Below are positions 51,755 to 59,507 of a stretch of DNA of 64,000 nt, in pieces. Both the position numbers and the translations under genes were made by a program. Under the pieces are notes generated by a model. That model was not told the DNA's origin and did not search any database. It was given only the letters and a program-made list of their open reading frames with translations. The first letter of the stretch is position 1. Each line of letters opens with the position of its first letter. The stretch comes from Chitinophagaceae bacterium T5-Br10_B2g13 (GTDB lineage Bacteria; Bacteroidota; Rhodothermia; Balneolales; Balneolaceae): NCBI GenBank assembly GCA_001564065.1, contig LKNA01000004.1:18790-82789 (forward strand). The letters run 5' to 3'.

Positions 51755-53200
51755 ATGAGTTTTGATTACGACGTAATTATTATTGGCAGTGGCCCGGCCG
51801 GATTTTCATGTGCCATGCAGAGCACTAAATTTGACAAAAAAGTATTGATGGTAGAAGCAGATGATAACCATCTTGGAGGTTCCTGGCTAAATAAAGGTAC
51901 GGTACCCAGTAAAGCATTGAGAGAAGCAGCAGATCTGATACAGGATTTTCACACGCAATTTGGAGACGAGAAAGGCAGAAAACCCTACGAGCGTTTCAAA
52001 ATGGAAGATCTGCTCAGTTACAAAAAAAGTGCTCTTGAGAGTAAAAATACAAAGGTTAAGTCCGACCTGATTAAAAACGAGGTTGAAACTGCGCGAGGCT
52101 GGGGAGAAATTGTTGACGAACACACCGTTCAAGTAAAAACCAGCCTTAACCAATCGGTTACTTATACAACCGAAAATATTTTAATTGCCACCGGAAGCAG
52201 TCCAACGTCTCCGGAAAATTTCGAAATTGATCATACAAATATTCTGGATTACAACTCAATTCTGAATATCACTCACATTCCCAGAAGATTAGTTATTGTT
52301 GGCTCCGGAGTAATCACTTTTGAATATGCTACAATTTTTTCCTCTCTAGGTACAACCATTACCATATTAAATGAATCAGATCAGTTTTTACCATTTCTGG
52401 ACCATGAGATTAATGAGGATGTATCCAAAGTTTTAAAGAAGAAAGGTATTTTGATTCATCCGTCGGTTACCGTTAATGAAATTAAGCCTAACCCTTTACG
52501 GACCTGTATTGAAGTACTTTATAAAACTGCTGCTGAAGACCGGCTTCAGGTTCTGGAAACGGATCAGGTTCTGTATGTTGGAGAAAAATCTCCCAACTCT
52601 GAGAATCTTTTTAATAAATCCCTGAATATCGAACTGGATAGTACCGGTTACATTGTTACGGATGAGAACTACCGCACCGGTATAAAAAATATTTATGCTG
52701 CCGGAGATATTACAGGTACCCCTACCTCTGCTTCCACTTCTTTCGTTCAAGGCAGGTTAGCAGCTTGCAGTATGTTCGACATCCCAGCCGAATCACCTTC
52801 CGGTGATGTTCCTTATGGAATCTACTCAATACCTGAAATTTCAGGCATTGGATTGACAGAGAAGCAAGCCGAAGAACTTGGAATTGATGTAACCGTCGGC
52901 AGAGCCTACTACGAAAATCTGACGTATGCCGATATCAATCACAGAACAGATGGAATGCTGAAGCTGGTTTTTCGTACAGACAATTTGAAATTATTGGGAG
53001 TTCACATTTTTGGTGATCACGCTACAGACTTGATCCACTTAGGCCAGAGTATTATGGCTCAGGATGGGTCTATTAAATACTTTATTGAGCACGTCCTCAA
53101 CTATCCTACCTACTCGGAAGCGTATAGGATTGCAGCGTTTAACGGTGTGAACAGGGTTTACAAGGCAGGTGTGAAATACAAGAGTATCCTGGAAAAATAG
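51755..53200 (+). CDS. sthA: Soluble pyridine nucleotide transhydrogenase-like flavoprotein
   Basis: 'GSGPAG', 'GTVPSKALREA', 'GIYSIPEIS' and the C-terminal 'NYPTYSEAYRIAAFNGVNR' typical of SthA. Some motifs are altered (see findings). Confidence 0.8.
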   Translation: MSFDYDVIIIGSGPAGFSCAMQSTKFDKKVLMVEADDNHLGGSWLNKGTVPSKALREAADLIQDFHTQFGDEKGRKPYERFKMEDLLSYKKSALESKNTKVKSDLIKNEVETARGWGEIVDEHTVQVKTSLNQSVTYTTENILIATGSSPTSPENFEIDHTNILDYNSILNITHIPRRLVIVGSGVITFEYATIFSSLGTTITILNESDQFLPFLDHEINEDVSKVLKKKGILIHPSVTVNEIKPNPLRTCIEVLYKTAAEDRLQVLETDQVLYVGEKSPNSENLFNKSLNIELDSTGYIVTDENYRTGIKNIYAAGDITGTPTSASTSFVQGRLAACSMFDIPAESPSGDVPYGIYSIPEISGIGLTEKQAEELGIDVTVGRAYYENLTYADINHRTDGMLKLVFRTDNLKLLGVHIFGDHATDLIHLGQSIMAQDGSIKYFIEHVLNYPTYSEAYRIAAFNGVNRVYKAGVKYKSILEK

Positions 53201-53219
53201 CTCTCAAATGAGATTAAAT

Positions 53220-53255
53220 AAAAAAACCGCTTCGTATTAATCGGAGCGGTTTTTT
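53220..53255. terminator. Bidirectional terminator
   Basis: AAAAAAACCGCTTCG...CGGAGCGGTTTTTT between convergent genes. Confidence 0.85.
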
Positions 53256-53259
53256 ATTT

Positions 53260-53964
53260 CTATACGTAATGAATGGCCATTTTCAATCCCTCTGAATCCA
53301 CGGGGGGATTTTTGGGAATGGTTTTAATTCCATTCTCTATAGATTGCTTGGCTGCCAGAGCCAGAGCCATTGAATCTACTATATCATCTTCATCAACCTG
53401 GTTACGCCGATACTCCTCTTTTATATCCCGGAAAAAATCGTCAGCAATCTCTTCTCTGTCTATAATTAAACCCAGGCGATGGCGAAGACCTTTTTTGGTA
53501 TTCTTTTTTTGATAGATCATCCCACCGTTCAGATTCATAAAGATAAGTTCGGGATGGCTCTCCAGTACAGTTTCTTTCAGCTCTTCGTGTTCTGATAAAA
53601 GCTGATCCAACAACCTGATTTTTGGAGTGATATTCCAGGCCTGAACTGTGAGTTTCTTTTCGGTATACTCATAGCTCTGCATGTTGGCTTCAACATATGA
53701 TGGGGCGTGAAGCGCCGGACGAATCGGAGGACTAAAAACACTTGGAGCATATTCCGCACCTAATGTTTTTCTCAGCTCTTTATCACATTCACGGGTATAC
53801 TCCTCATCTTCCAGCCCGATTGGCATATCGATGAATACCCGATCAAATTCAAGCAGAGCATTTAAAAAGTCTTCGTTCTTTTCAATAATCCTGTACTCCG
53901 GATTTTCATCAAAAGTGATGAGTATCCACCCGGCCTTACAACCGTCAATTCCTGCAGTTTTCAA
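53260..53964 (-). CDS. DUF429 family protein (predicted RNase H-fold nuclease)
   Basis: 'GIDGCKAGW', 'IDMPIGL', 'RECD', 'ESHPEL' and 'DDIVD'. Confidence 0.88.
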   Translation of the reverse strand: MKTAGIDGCKAGWILITFDENPEYRIIEKNEDFLNALLEFDRVFIDMPIGLEDEEYTRECDKELRKTLGAEYAPSVFSPPIRPALHAPSYVEANMQSYEYTEKKLTVQAWNITPKIRLLDQLLSEHEELKETVLESHPELIFMNLNGGMIYQKKNTKKGLRHRLGLIIDREEIADDFFRDIKEEYRRNQVDEDDIVDSMALALAAKQSIENGIKTIPKNPPVDSEGLKMAIHYV

Positions 53965-53975
53965 ATCTTTCGTAG

Positions 53976-55751
53976 TTAAATTTTTGCTGTTTTTCGTAGT
54001 GATATGTGAAGTTCTTTCAACTGCTCTTCGTCAACTTCACTCGGGCTGTTGTCCATTGGGCTTTGAGCACGCTGGTTTTTCGGAAAAGCAATAACATCCC
54101 TCAAGCTCTTGGCACCGGCCATCAACATCACAATTCGATCCAGTCCCAGAGCAATACCACCGTGTGGCGGTGCACCATATTTAAACGCATCCAATAGAAA
54201 TCCGAATTTCTCTTCAGCCTCTTCTTCATCAATGCCTAACAACGTAAACATACGCTGCTGAAGTTCCGGAGTATGAATACGAATGGATCCTCCGCCGATC
54301 TCATTTCCATTCAGTACCAGATCGTAAGCACGGGCTTTAACTGATTTCGGATCCGATTCCAGTTTCTCCATATCTTCATCTCTTGGTGATGTAAATGGAT
54401 GGTGAAGAGCGTGGTACCTCAAATCTTCTTTCGACCATTCAACCAGAGGAAAGTCAGTTACCCATAAAAACCTTGTCTTATTCTTATCAATCAGATCGAA
54501 CTGATTACCTATGATCAAACGCAAACCGCCCATCTGCTTATACACATCCGGTGCAGGACCTGCAAGAATCAGCACCAGATCTCCATCTTCTGCTTCGGAA
54601 GTTTTGGTCATATTCTGCATGGTCTCTTCATCCAAAAACTTTCCGACGCTGCAGGTAATCTCTCCGTCATTCAACTTCATGAAAATCATACCGGCTGCAC
54701 CGGTTTCAGACGTCACTTTGTCGGTTAACCGGTCCAGCGCACCTCGCCCCATGCTTCCCTCTCCGGGAACGGTAATCGAAAGAACACGCCCGCCTTTATC
54801 TACTGTCGATTTAAAAATTTTAAACCCGGATTCAGCCACATCATCAGAGATATCGTGAATCTTTATGCCAAACCGAAGATCCGGTTTATCGGAACCGTAG
54901 GTAGTCATCGCCTCCTCATATTTCATCCGCGGGAATGGAGTTTTTAGCTCTACCCCCAGGTGTTCCTTCCAGATTTCGGCCATCAGTTTCTCGTGCTCTT
55001 CGTAGATAATTTCTTCATCCACAAACGACATTTCAACATCCACCTGGGTAAATTCAGGCTGACGGTCTGCACGCAAATCCTCATCACGGAAGCACTTTAC
55101 AATCTGGAAGTAGCGGTCAAAACCGGATACCATCAACAGCTGCTTGTAGGTTTGCGGACTTTGAGGCAGTGCAAAAAACTTACCAGGATTTACCCGGCTC
55201 GGCACCAGATAATCGCGGGCGCCTTCGGGGGTTGATTTCATCAATACCGGAGTCTCAACTTCTGCAAAATCACGATCGTGATAAAAATTTCGGATTGTGT
55301 GATACACCTTCGAGCGAAGTATCAGATTTTTCTGCATGTCAGACCTTCTGAGATCTAAAAAACGGTATTTCAACCGGGTCTCTTCGTTGGTTTTCAGATC
55401 ATCCTTAATTTCAAATGGCGGAGTCTCAGCTTTTGAGTAAACTTTCAGCTCGTTCACTTCCACTTCAATCTCCCCTGTTTTCATCTCAGGATTGATCGTT
55501 TCATCACTACGGTTCAGCACATTACCTTTCACACCAATCACATGTTCAGACCTCAATTCCTCAGCCAGGGTGTGAAGCTTACTGTTCTTCTCATCAAAAA
55601 CAACCTGGGTAATTCCATAGCGGTCTCTCAGATCGATAAAAATAACTCCGCCCAAATCCCGGCGTTTTGATACCCATCCGTTTAAAACCACTTCTTTTTT
55701 CTTATCATCAACTGTAAGCTCACCGCAGGTATGGGTGCGTAACCAACTCAT
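53976..55751 (-). CDS. aspS: Aspartate--tRNA ligase
   Basis: 'RTHTCGEL', 'STPEGARDYLVPSR', 'FRDEDLRADRQPEFTQ' and 'PPHGGIALGLDR'. Confidence 0.98.
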   Translation of the reverse strand: MSWLRTHTCGELTVDDKKKEVVLNGWVSKRRDLGGVIFIDLRDRYGITQVVFDEKNSKLHTLAEELRSEHVIGVKGNVLNRSDETINPEMKTGEIEVEVNELKVYSKAETPPFEIKDDLKTNEETRLKYRFLDLRRSDMQKNLILRSKVYHTIRNFYHDRDFAEVETPVLMKSTPEGARDYLVPSRVNPGKFFALPQSPQTYKQLLMVSGFDRYFQIVKCFRDEDLRADRQPEFTQVDVEMSFVDEEIIYEEHEKLMAEIWKEHLGVELKTPFPRMKYEEAMTTYGSDKPDLRFGIKIHDISDDVAESGFKIFKSTVDKGGRVLSITVPGEGSMGRGALDRLTDKVTSETGAAGMIFMKLNDGEITCSVGKFLDEETMQNMTKTSEAEDGDLVLILAGPAPDVYKQMGGLRLIIGNQFDLIDKNKTRFLWVTDFPLVEWSKEDLRYHALHHPFTSPRDEDMEKLESDPKSVKARAYDLVLNGNEIGGGSIRIHTPELQQRMFTLLGIDEEEAEEKFGFLLDAFKYGAPPHGGIALGLDRIVMLMAGAKSLRDVIAFPKNQRAQSPMDNSPSEVDEEQLKELHISLRKTAKI

Positions 55752-55848
55752 AAATCTCTGTTTTATGTATTAAAAATCATTTTCAATTCAAGTTTGGTAA
55801 AATAAACAATATTGTAACCATTCGCTTATACCCTTTTAGAAGATTTCT

Positions 55849-56277
55849 ATGGAATACATCGTCATTATTAATCTTTTTTCCTCATTCTTCCTTTGTGGAC
55901 TGATATGGCTGGTACAGCTGGTTCACTATCCTTTTTTTCGCTACGCTGACCTACACGCATTTGAAGAGGCGATGTCATTTCACAAAAAGAAAATATCCCT
56001 GATTGTTGTGCCTGTCATGTTTGCAGAGCTGTTGAGCTCATTCTGGCTCTCACTCTTTTCTGATCTTTACACAGCTTTTCACGTAGCCGGTCTTGTCATT
56101 GTATTGGTTATTTGGATTGTAACATTCACCACACAGGTTCCGCTGCACAGTAAACTTTCAGAAAAGCGTGAACCGGATGTTATTCATAGACTGGTGAAGT
56201 CAAACTGGATTCGAACACTGCTCTGGACAATCAAGGCATTTCTTGGAGTCTGGCTTCTCAGAATATATCTAATTTAG
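55849..56277 (+). CDS. Conserved hypothetical membrane protein (4 TM)
   Basis: 'GLIWLVQLVHYP', 'QVPLH' and 'NWIRT' with four hydrophobic segments. Confidence 0.75.
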   Translation: MEYIVIINLFSSFFLCGLIWLVQLVHYPFFRYADLHAFEEAMSFHKKKISLIVVPVMFAELLSSFWLSLFSDLYTAFHVAGLVIVLVIWIVTFTTQVPLHSKLSEKREPDVIHRLVKSNWIRTLLWTIKAFLGVWLLRIYLI

Positions 56278-56401
56278 TAAGTGACACACCCCCCCTTCCT
56301 GTAATAAGTTAGAAAGGAATAATATTCCTTCTAATATTCTTTACTTTTTCAAATAAAAAAGTATATTCAAAGTCCTTTTCCACGCAAGTCGGCTTTGGAC
56401 C

Positions 56402-57043
56402 ATGAATAAAATCAAGGTTTTAATTGCAGAAAATTTTGACATCTACAGACATGGTTTAAGAAGTATCCTGTCTGATTCAACATCAATCTCTGATGTGAAA
56501 GAGACGAAGTCTGCTAAAGAGCTGATTCAGGAGTTCAAAAGCCACTCTGACGCCGTTTGTATTATTTCATCAAACCTGGAAGGCTCAAACATCCACGATT
56601 TAATGCAGCGTCTGGAAAAAATCACCCCCTCCCCTAAAGTTGTAATTCTCACCTATTCAACCGATGTAAACCACCTCAACCAGTCTTTAAAAGCAGGTGT
56701 AAAAGGTTACCTGATGAAAAACTGTTCTTCTGATGAATTAAAATCTGCAGTTTCAGAAGTTGCCAAGGGTGAGAAAGCTTTCAGTAAGTCTATATCTCAA
56801 ATTATGGCAGACAGGTATGCCGACGAAGCCAAGAAACCGTCGGGCGGAAAGAAACTTACCAAACGCGAGTCTGAAGTTTTGAAGCTTATCGTTGAAGGTC
56901 ACACCAGTCCGGAGATTGCCAAAATGCTTTTTATAAGCCCCAGAACTGTTGAAACCCACCGGTCAAACTTGATGAACAAATTGAAAATCAAGAACACTGC
57001 GGCACTTGTACGATATGCTCTTGAAAAAACTGAAATTGGCTAA
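56402..57043 (+). CDS. NarL/FixJ-family response regulator with atypical receiver
   Basis: Receiver fold ('AGVKGYLMK') plus LuxR HTH 'LTKRESEVLKLIVEGHTSPEIAKMLFISPRTVETHRSNLMNKL'. Confidence 0.92.
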   Translation: MNKIKVLIAENFDIYRHGLRSILSDSTSISDVKETKSAKELIQEFKSHSDAVCIISSNLEGSNIHDLMQRLEKITPSPKVVILTYSTDVNHLNQSLKAGVKGYLMKNCSSDELKSAVSEVAKGEKAFSKSISQIMADRYADEAKKPSGGKKLTKRESEVLKLIVEGHTSPEIAKMLFISPRTVETHRSNLMNKLKIKNTAALVRYALEKTEIG

Positions 57044-57053
57044 TTCCCACCTA

Positions 57054-57122
57054 TCCGTAAAAGTACGTAGATAAAATTACTTGCTTCTACTTATTGCACG
57101 ATCGGCTTGATAAAAGTAAGTT
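57054..57122 (+). promoter_or_regulatory. Two TAC-type boxes abutting a sigma70-like promoter
   Basis: TCCGTA-N4-TACGTA (57054-57069), TACTTG-N4-TACTTA (57078-57093), then TTGCAC (57094-57099)-N17-TAAGTT (57117-57122). Confidence 0.5.
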
Positions 57123-57128
57123 ACTTAT

Positions 57129-57202
57129 GCAAATGGGGTAATAGCCGTCTGTAGATGATATTTAGCAGTCCTCTTTGATCGGAGGGCTGCTAATTTTTTT
57201 TT
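57129..57202 (+). ncRNA. Candidate small RNA of about 75 nt
   Basis: Lies between the predicted promoter and a strong terminator, and contains no ORF longer than 7 codons. Confidence 0.4.
57162..57202 (+). terminator. Rho-independent terminator
   Basis: TTAGCAGTCCTCT-ttgatc-GGAGGGCTGCTAA followed by 9 T. Confidence 0.88.
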
Positions 57203-57257
57203 GCAGACATTTCTCATCTTCAATAACCCCTAAATTTATCCAACTCCTACTGCTCTA

Positions 57258-57500
57258 ATGCCTATCACTAAACAGCAAAAGATACTGGTTCAAAACTGGC
57301 TGCAAAATCGCGCGCCGAACAGTTCATGCTCCGTTTGCGGAAAAAGTAAATGGATAATTGGAGATATCATCGCACCCACGGTTACATTTCAGGGAAAAGA
57401 TATAGACATAAGCGGCGACAGCCATCCTATGGTCCAGATTATTTGTGGCAACTGCGCAAAAGTGGAGCTATTTGATGCCGGTATGATTGGGTTACTATAA
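57258..57500 (+). CDS. Small zinc-ribbon-like protein (80 aa)
   Basis: CSVCG...W...CGNCA (two CxxC pairs) and C-terminal 'FDAGMIGL'. Confidence 0.75.
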   Translation: MPITKQQKILVQNWLQNRAPNSSCSVCGKSKWIIGDIIAPTVTFQGKDIDISGDSHPMVQIICGNCAKVELFDAGMIGLL

Positions 57501-57528
57501 TTGAATCCGCGAAGCCTGCCTTTAAATA

Positions 57529-57562
57529 TAAAAGCCCGAATTCAAGGAATGAATACGGGCTT
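57529..57562 (-). terminator. Terminator after tRNA-Met (possibly bidirectional)
   Basis: Stem AAGCCCG(a)ATTCA...TGAAT(a)CGGGCTT with a T-rich tail on the minus strand. Confidence 0.7.
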
Positions 57563-57567
57563 AAAAG

Positions 57568-57641
57568 TATCGTGGGGCGGACTTGAACCGCCGACCTCCG
57601 GGTTATGAATCCGACGCTCTAACCACCTGAGCTACCACGAC
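57568..57641 (-). tRNA. tRNA-Met (anticodon CAT, probably elongator)
   Basis: Reverse complement GTCGTGGTAGCTCAGGTGGTTAGAGCGTCGGATTCATAACCCGGAGGTCGGCGGTTCAAGTCCGCCCCACGATA folds as a cloverleaf. It lacks the C1 mismatch and GGG/CCC anticodon stem of fMet; Ile2 is not fully excluded. Confidence 0.93.
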
Positions 57642-57663
57642 ATAACAATAATATTTCCAAATG

Positions 57664-57767
57664 TATCATATACTATTCAATCGGTTCGGACTTGAATCGA
57701 CGTTCCTAAAACTTTCGGGATATGAATCCGACGCTCTAATCCCGAGTACTCGGGAAGCTACCACAAC
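57664..57767 (-). pseudogene. Degenerate tandem copy of tRNA-Met with short insertions
   Basis: Colinear blocks shared with the intact tRNA: GTATC, CGGACTTGAA, CGGGwTATGAATCCGACGCTCTAA and AGCTACCACrACAT. They are separated by inserted sequence. Confidence 0.8.
57740..57755. repeat. Perfect 16-bp palindrome TCCCGAGTACTCGGGA (REP-like)
   Basis: Self-complementary sequence. A degenerate relative, TCCTAAAACTTTCGGGA, lies at 57704-57720. Confidence 0.75.
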
Positions 57768-58028
57768 ATTCGTCAATACGTTTTTTCAATTCGTTTTCAA
57801 GAGAGCATCAAATATATCACTTTTTTTATACAAAGTTGAAATCCAAAAGTGGACTTTTTTGAATTTTCCATACCTATCTCTTCTAAACCAATTGTAGTAA
57901 CAAAATGTTACTTTATCTTAAGTGCAGTTCGGAGTATTTTAAACCACATAAATAATAAGAATCTGCATTGTCGTACGGGCTCTTAAACATGACCTTGCGG
58001 CACAAAAACTGTAAACCACTCTTTACTG

Positions 58029-59498
58029 ATGGCTAAAAAAATCACAGATAGAAAAGACGACTACTCTCAATGGTACCTGGATGTGGTAAAAGAGGCTAAA
58101 CTGGCCGACCACTCCCCCGTTAGAGGATCGATGATCATTCGTCCCAACGGTTTTGCTCTTTGGGAAAATATGAAGCAGGCACTGGACCGGATGTTTAAAG
58201 ATACCGGCCACGAAAATGCCTATTTCCCTCTTTTTATCCCAAAATCTTTTCTATCGAAAGAGGCGCAACATGTTGAGGGTTTTGCTAAAGAGTGTGCGGT
58301 AGTAACCCACAGCCGGCTCAAAAGTGTTGATGGCGGTGTTGAAGTAGATCCGGATTCGAAGCTTGAAGAAGAACTGATTGTACGTCCCACCTCTGAAACT
58401 ATTATTTGGGACGCATACGGTAAATGGATTCAATCTTATCGCGATCTTCCCATTTTGATCAACCAGTGGGCGAATGTGGTTCGGTGGGAAATGCGAACCC
58501 GCCTCTTTCTTAGAACAATGGAATTTCTGTGGCAGGAAGGTCACACCGCTCACGCCACAGAGGCTGAAGCAGTAGAAGAGACCCGGAAGATGCTGGAAGT
58601 TTATAAGACATTCGCCGAAGAGTTTATGGCCATGCCGGTTATAACAGGTGTAAAAACCGAATCTGAGCGTTTTGCCGGTGCAGTGGATACATATTGTATC
58701 GAGGCGCTGATGCAGGATGGTAAGGCCCTTCAGGCCGGTACTTCCCACTTTTTAGGGCAAAATTTTGCAAAGGCTTTCGACGTAAAATTTCAGGATCAAG
58801 ATGGTGAGCACAAATATGTCTGGGCTACAAGCTGGGGTGTTTCTACAAGACTAATTGGCGGATTGATCATGACTCACTCAGATGATAACGGCCTGGTACT
58901 GCCTCCTAAACTGGCACCAAATCAGGTGGTAGTTGTGCCGATCTACAGAGATGATGAACAGCGCGAGGTTGTGCTGAGTTACGCACAGCCTATCATTGAT
59001 GAGCTGCGTGATAAAGGAATTACCGTTAAACTGGATGATCGAGATAACTTCAAACCGGGATGGAAATTTGCCCAGCACGAAGCAGAGGGGGTTCCTCTCC
59101 GAATTGCGATCGGACCTCGTGATGTTGAAAATAAAAATCTGGAGCTGGCACGACGCGACACCCTTGAGAAGAGCATCGTACCTCTTACCGGAATTGCCGA
59201 TCATATCGAAGAGTTACTGGAGACCATACAGGAAGACCTGTTTAAATCGGCCAAACAACGTATGGATGATTCTACAAGAAACGTAGACAGTTACGACGAT
59301 TTCAAAAAAGAGATTGAAAACGGTGGATTTATCTGGGCTCACTGGGATGGAACTCCGAAAACTGAGGAGAAGATCAAAGAGGAAACGAAAGCAACCATCC
59401 GCCTGATTCCTATTGATGAAGATGATCCTATTCCGGGAGAGTGTATGGTTACCGGAAAACCTTCGAAACAGCGCGTACTGTTTGCCAGATCATATTAA
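58029..59498 (+). CDS. proS: Proline--tRNA ligase (short, archaeal/eukaryote-like type)
   Basis: 'VRPTSET', 'QWANVVRWE', 'EFLWQEGHT', '[12 protein letters not shown]' and C-terminal 'FARSY'. Confidence 0.98.
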   Translation: MAKKITDRKDDYSQWYLDVVKEAKLADHSPVRGSMIIRPNGFALWENMKQALDRMFKDTGHENAYFPLFIPKSFLSKEAQHVEGFAKECAVVTHSRLKSVDGGVEVDPDSKLEEELIVRPTSETIIWDAYGKWIQSYRDLPILINQWANVVRWEMRTRLFLRTMEFLWQEGHTAHATEAEAVEETRKMLEVYKTFAEEFMAMPVITGVKTESERFAGAVDTYCIEALMQDGKALQAGTSHFLGQNFAKAFDVKFQDQDGEHKYVWATSWGVSTRLIGGLIMTHSDDNGLVLPPKLAPNQVVVVPIYRDDEQREVVLSYAQPIIDELRDKGITVKLDDRDNFKPGWKFAQHEAEGVPLRIAIGPRDVENKNLELARRDTLEKSIVPLTGIADHIEELLETIQEDLFKSAKQRMDDSTRNVDSYDDFKKEIENGGFIWAHWDGTPKTEEKIKEETKATIRLIPIDEDDPIPGECMVTGKPSKQRVLFARSY

Positions 59499-59507
59499 AA
59501 CCAGAAT

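Noticed and set aside
57661-57897. 78-aa ORF in the ORF track
   Set aside because: It lies antisense across the tRNA-Met pseudocopy and its upstream region and has no protein-like features, so it is most likely spurious.
57968-58002. Weak hairpin in the proS leader (T-box-like control?)
   Set aside because: The leader is too short, with no T-box consensus (AAGGTGGTACC) or terminator, and the stem is mostly GU pairs.
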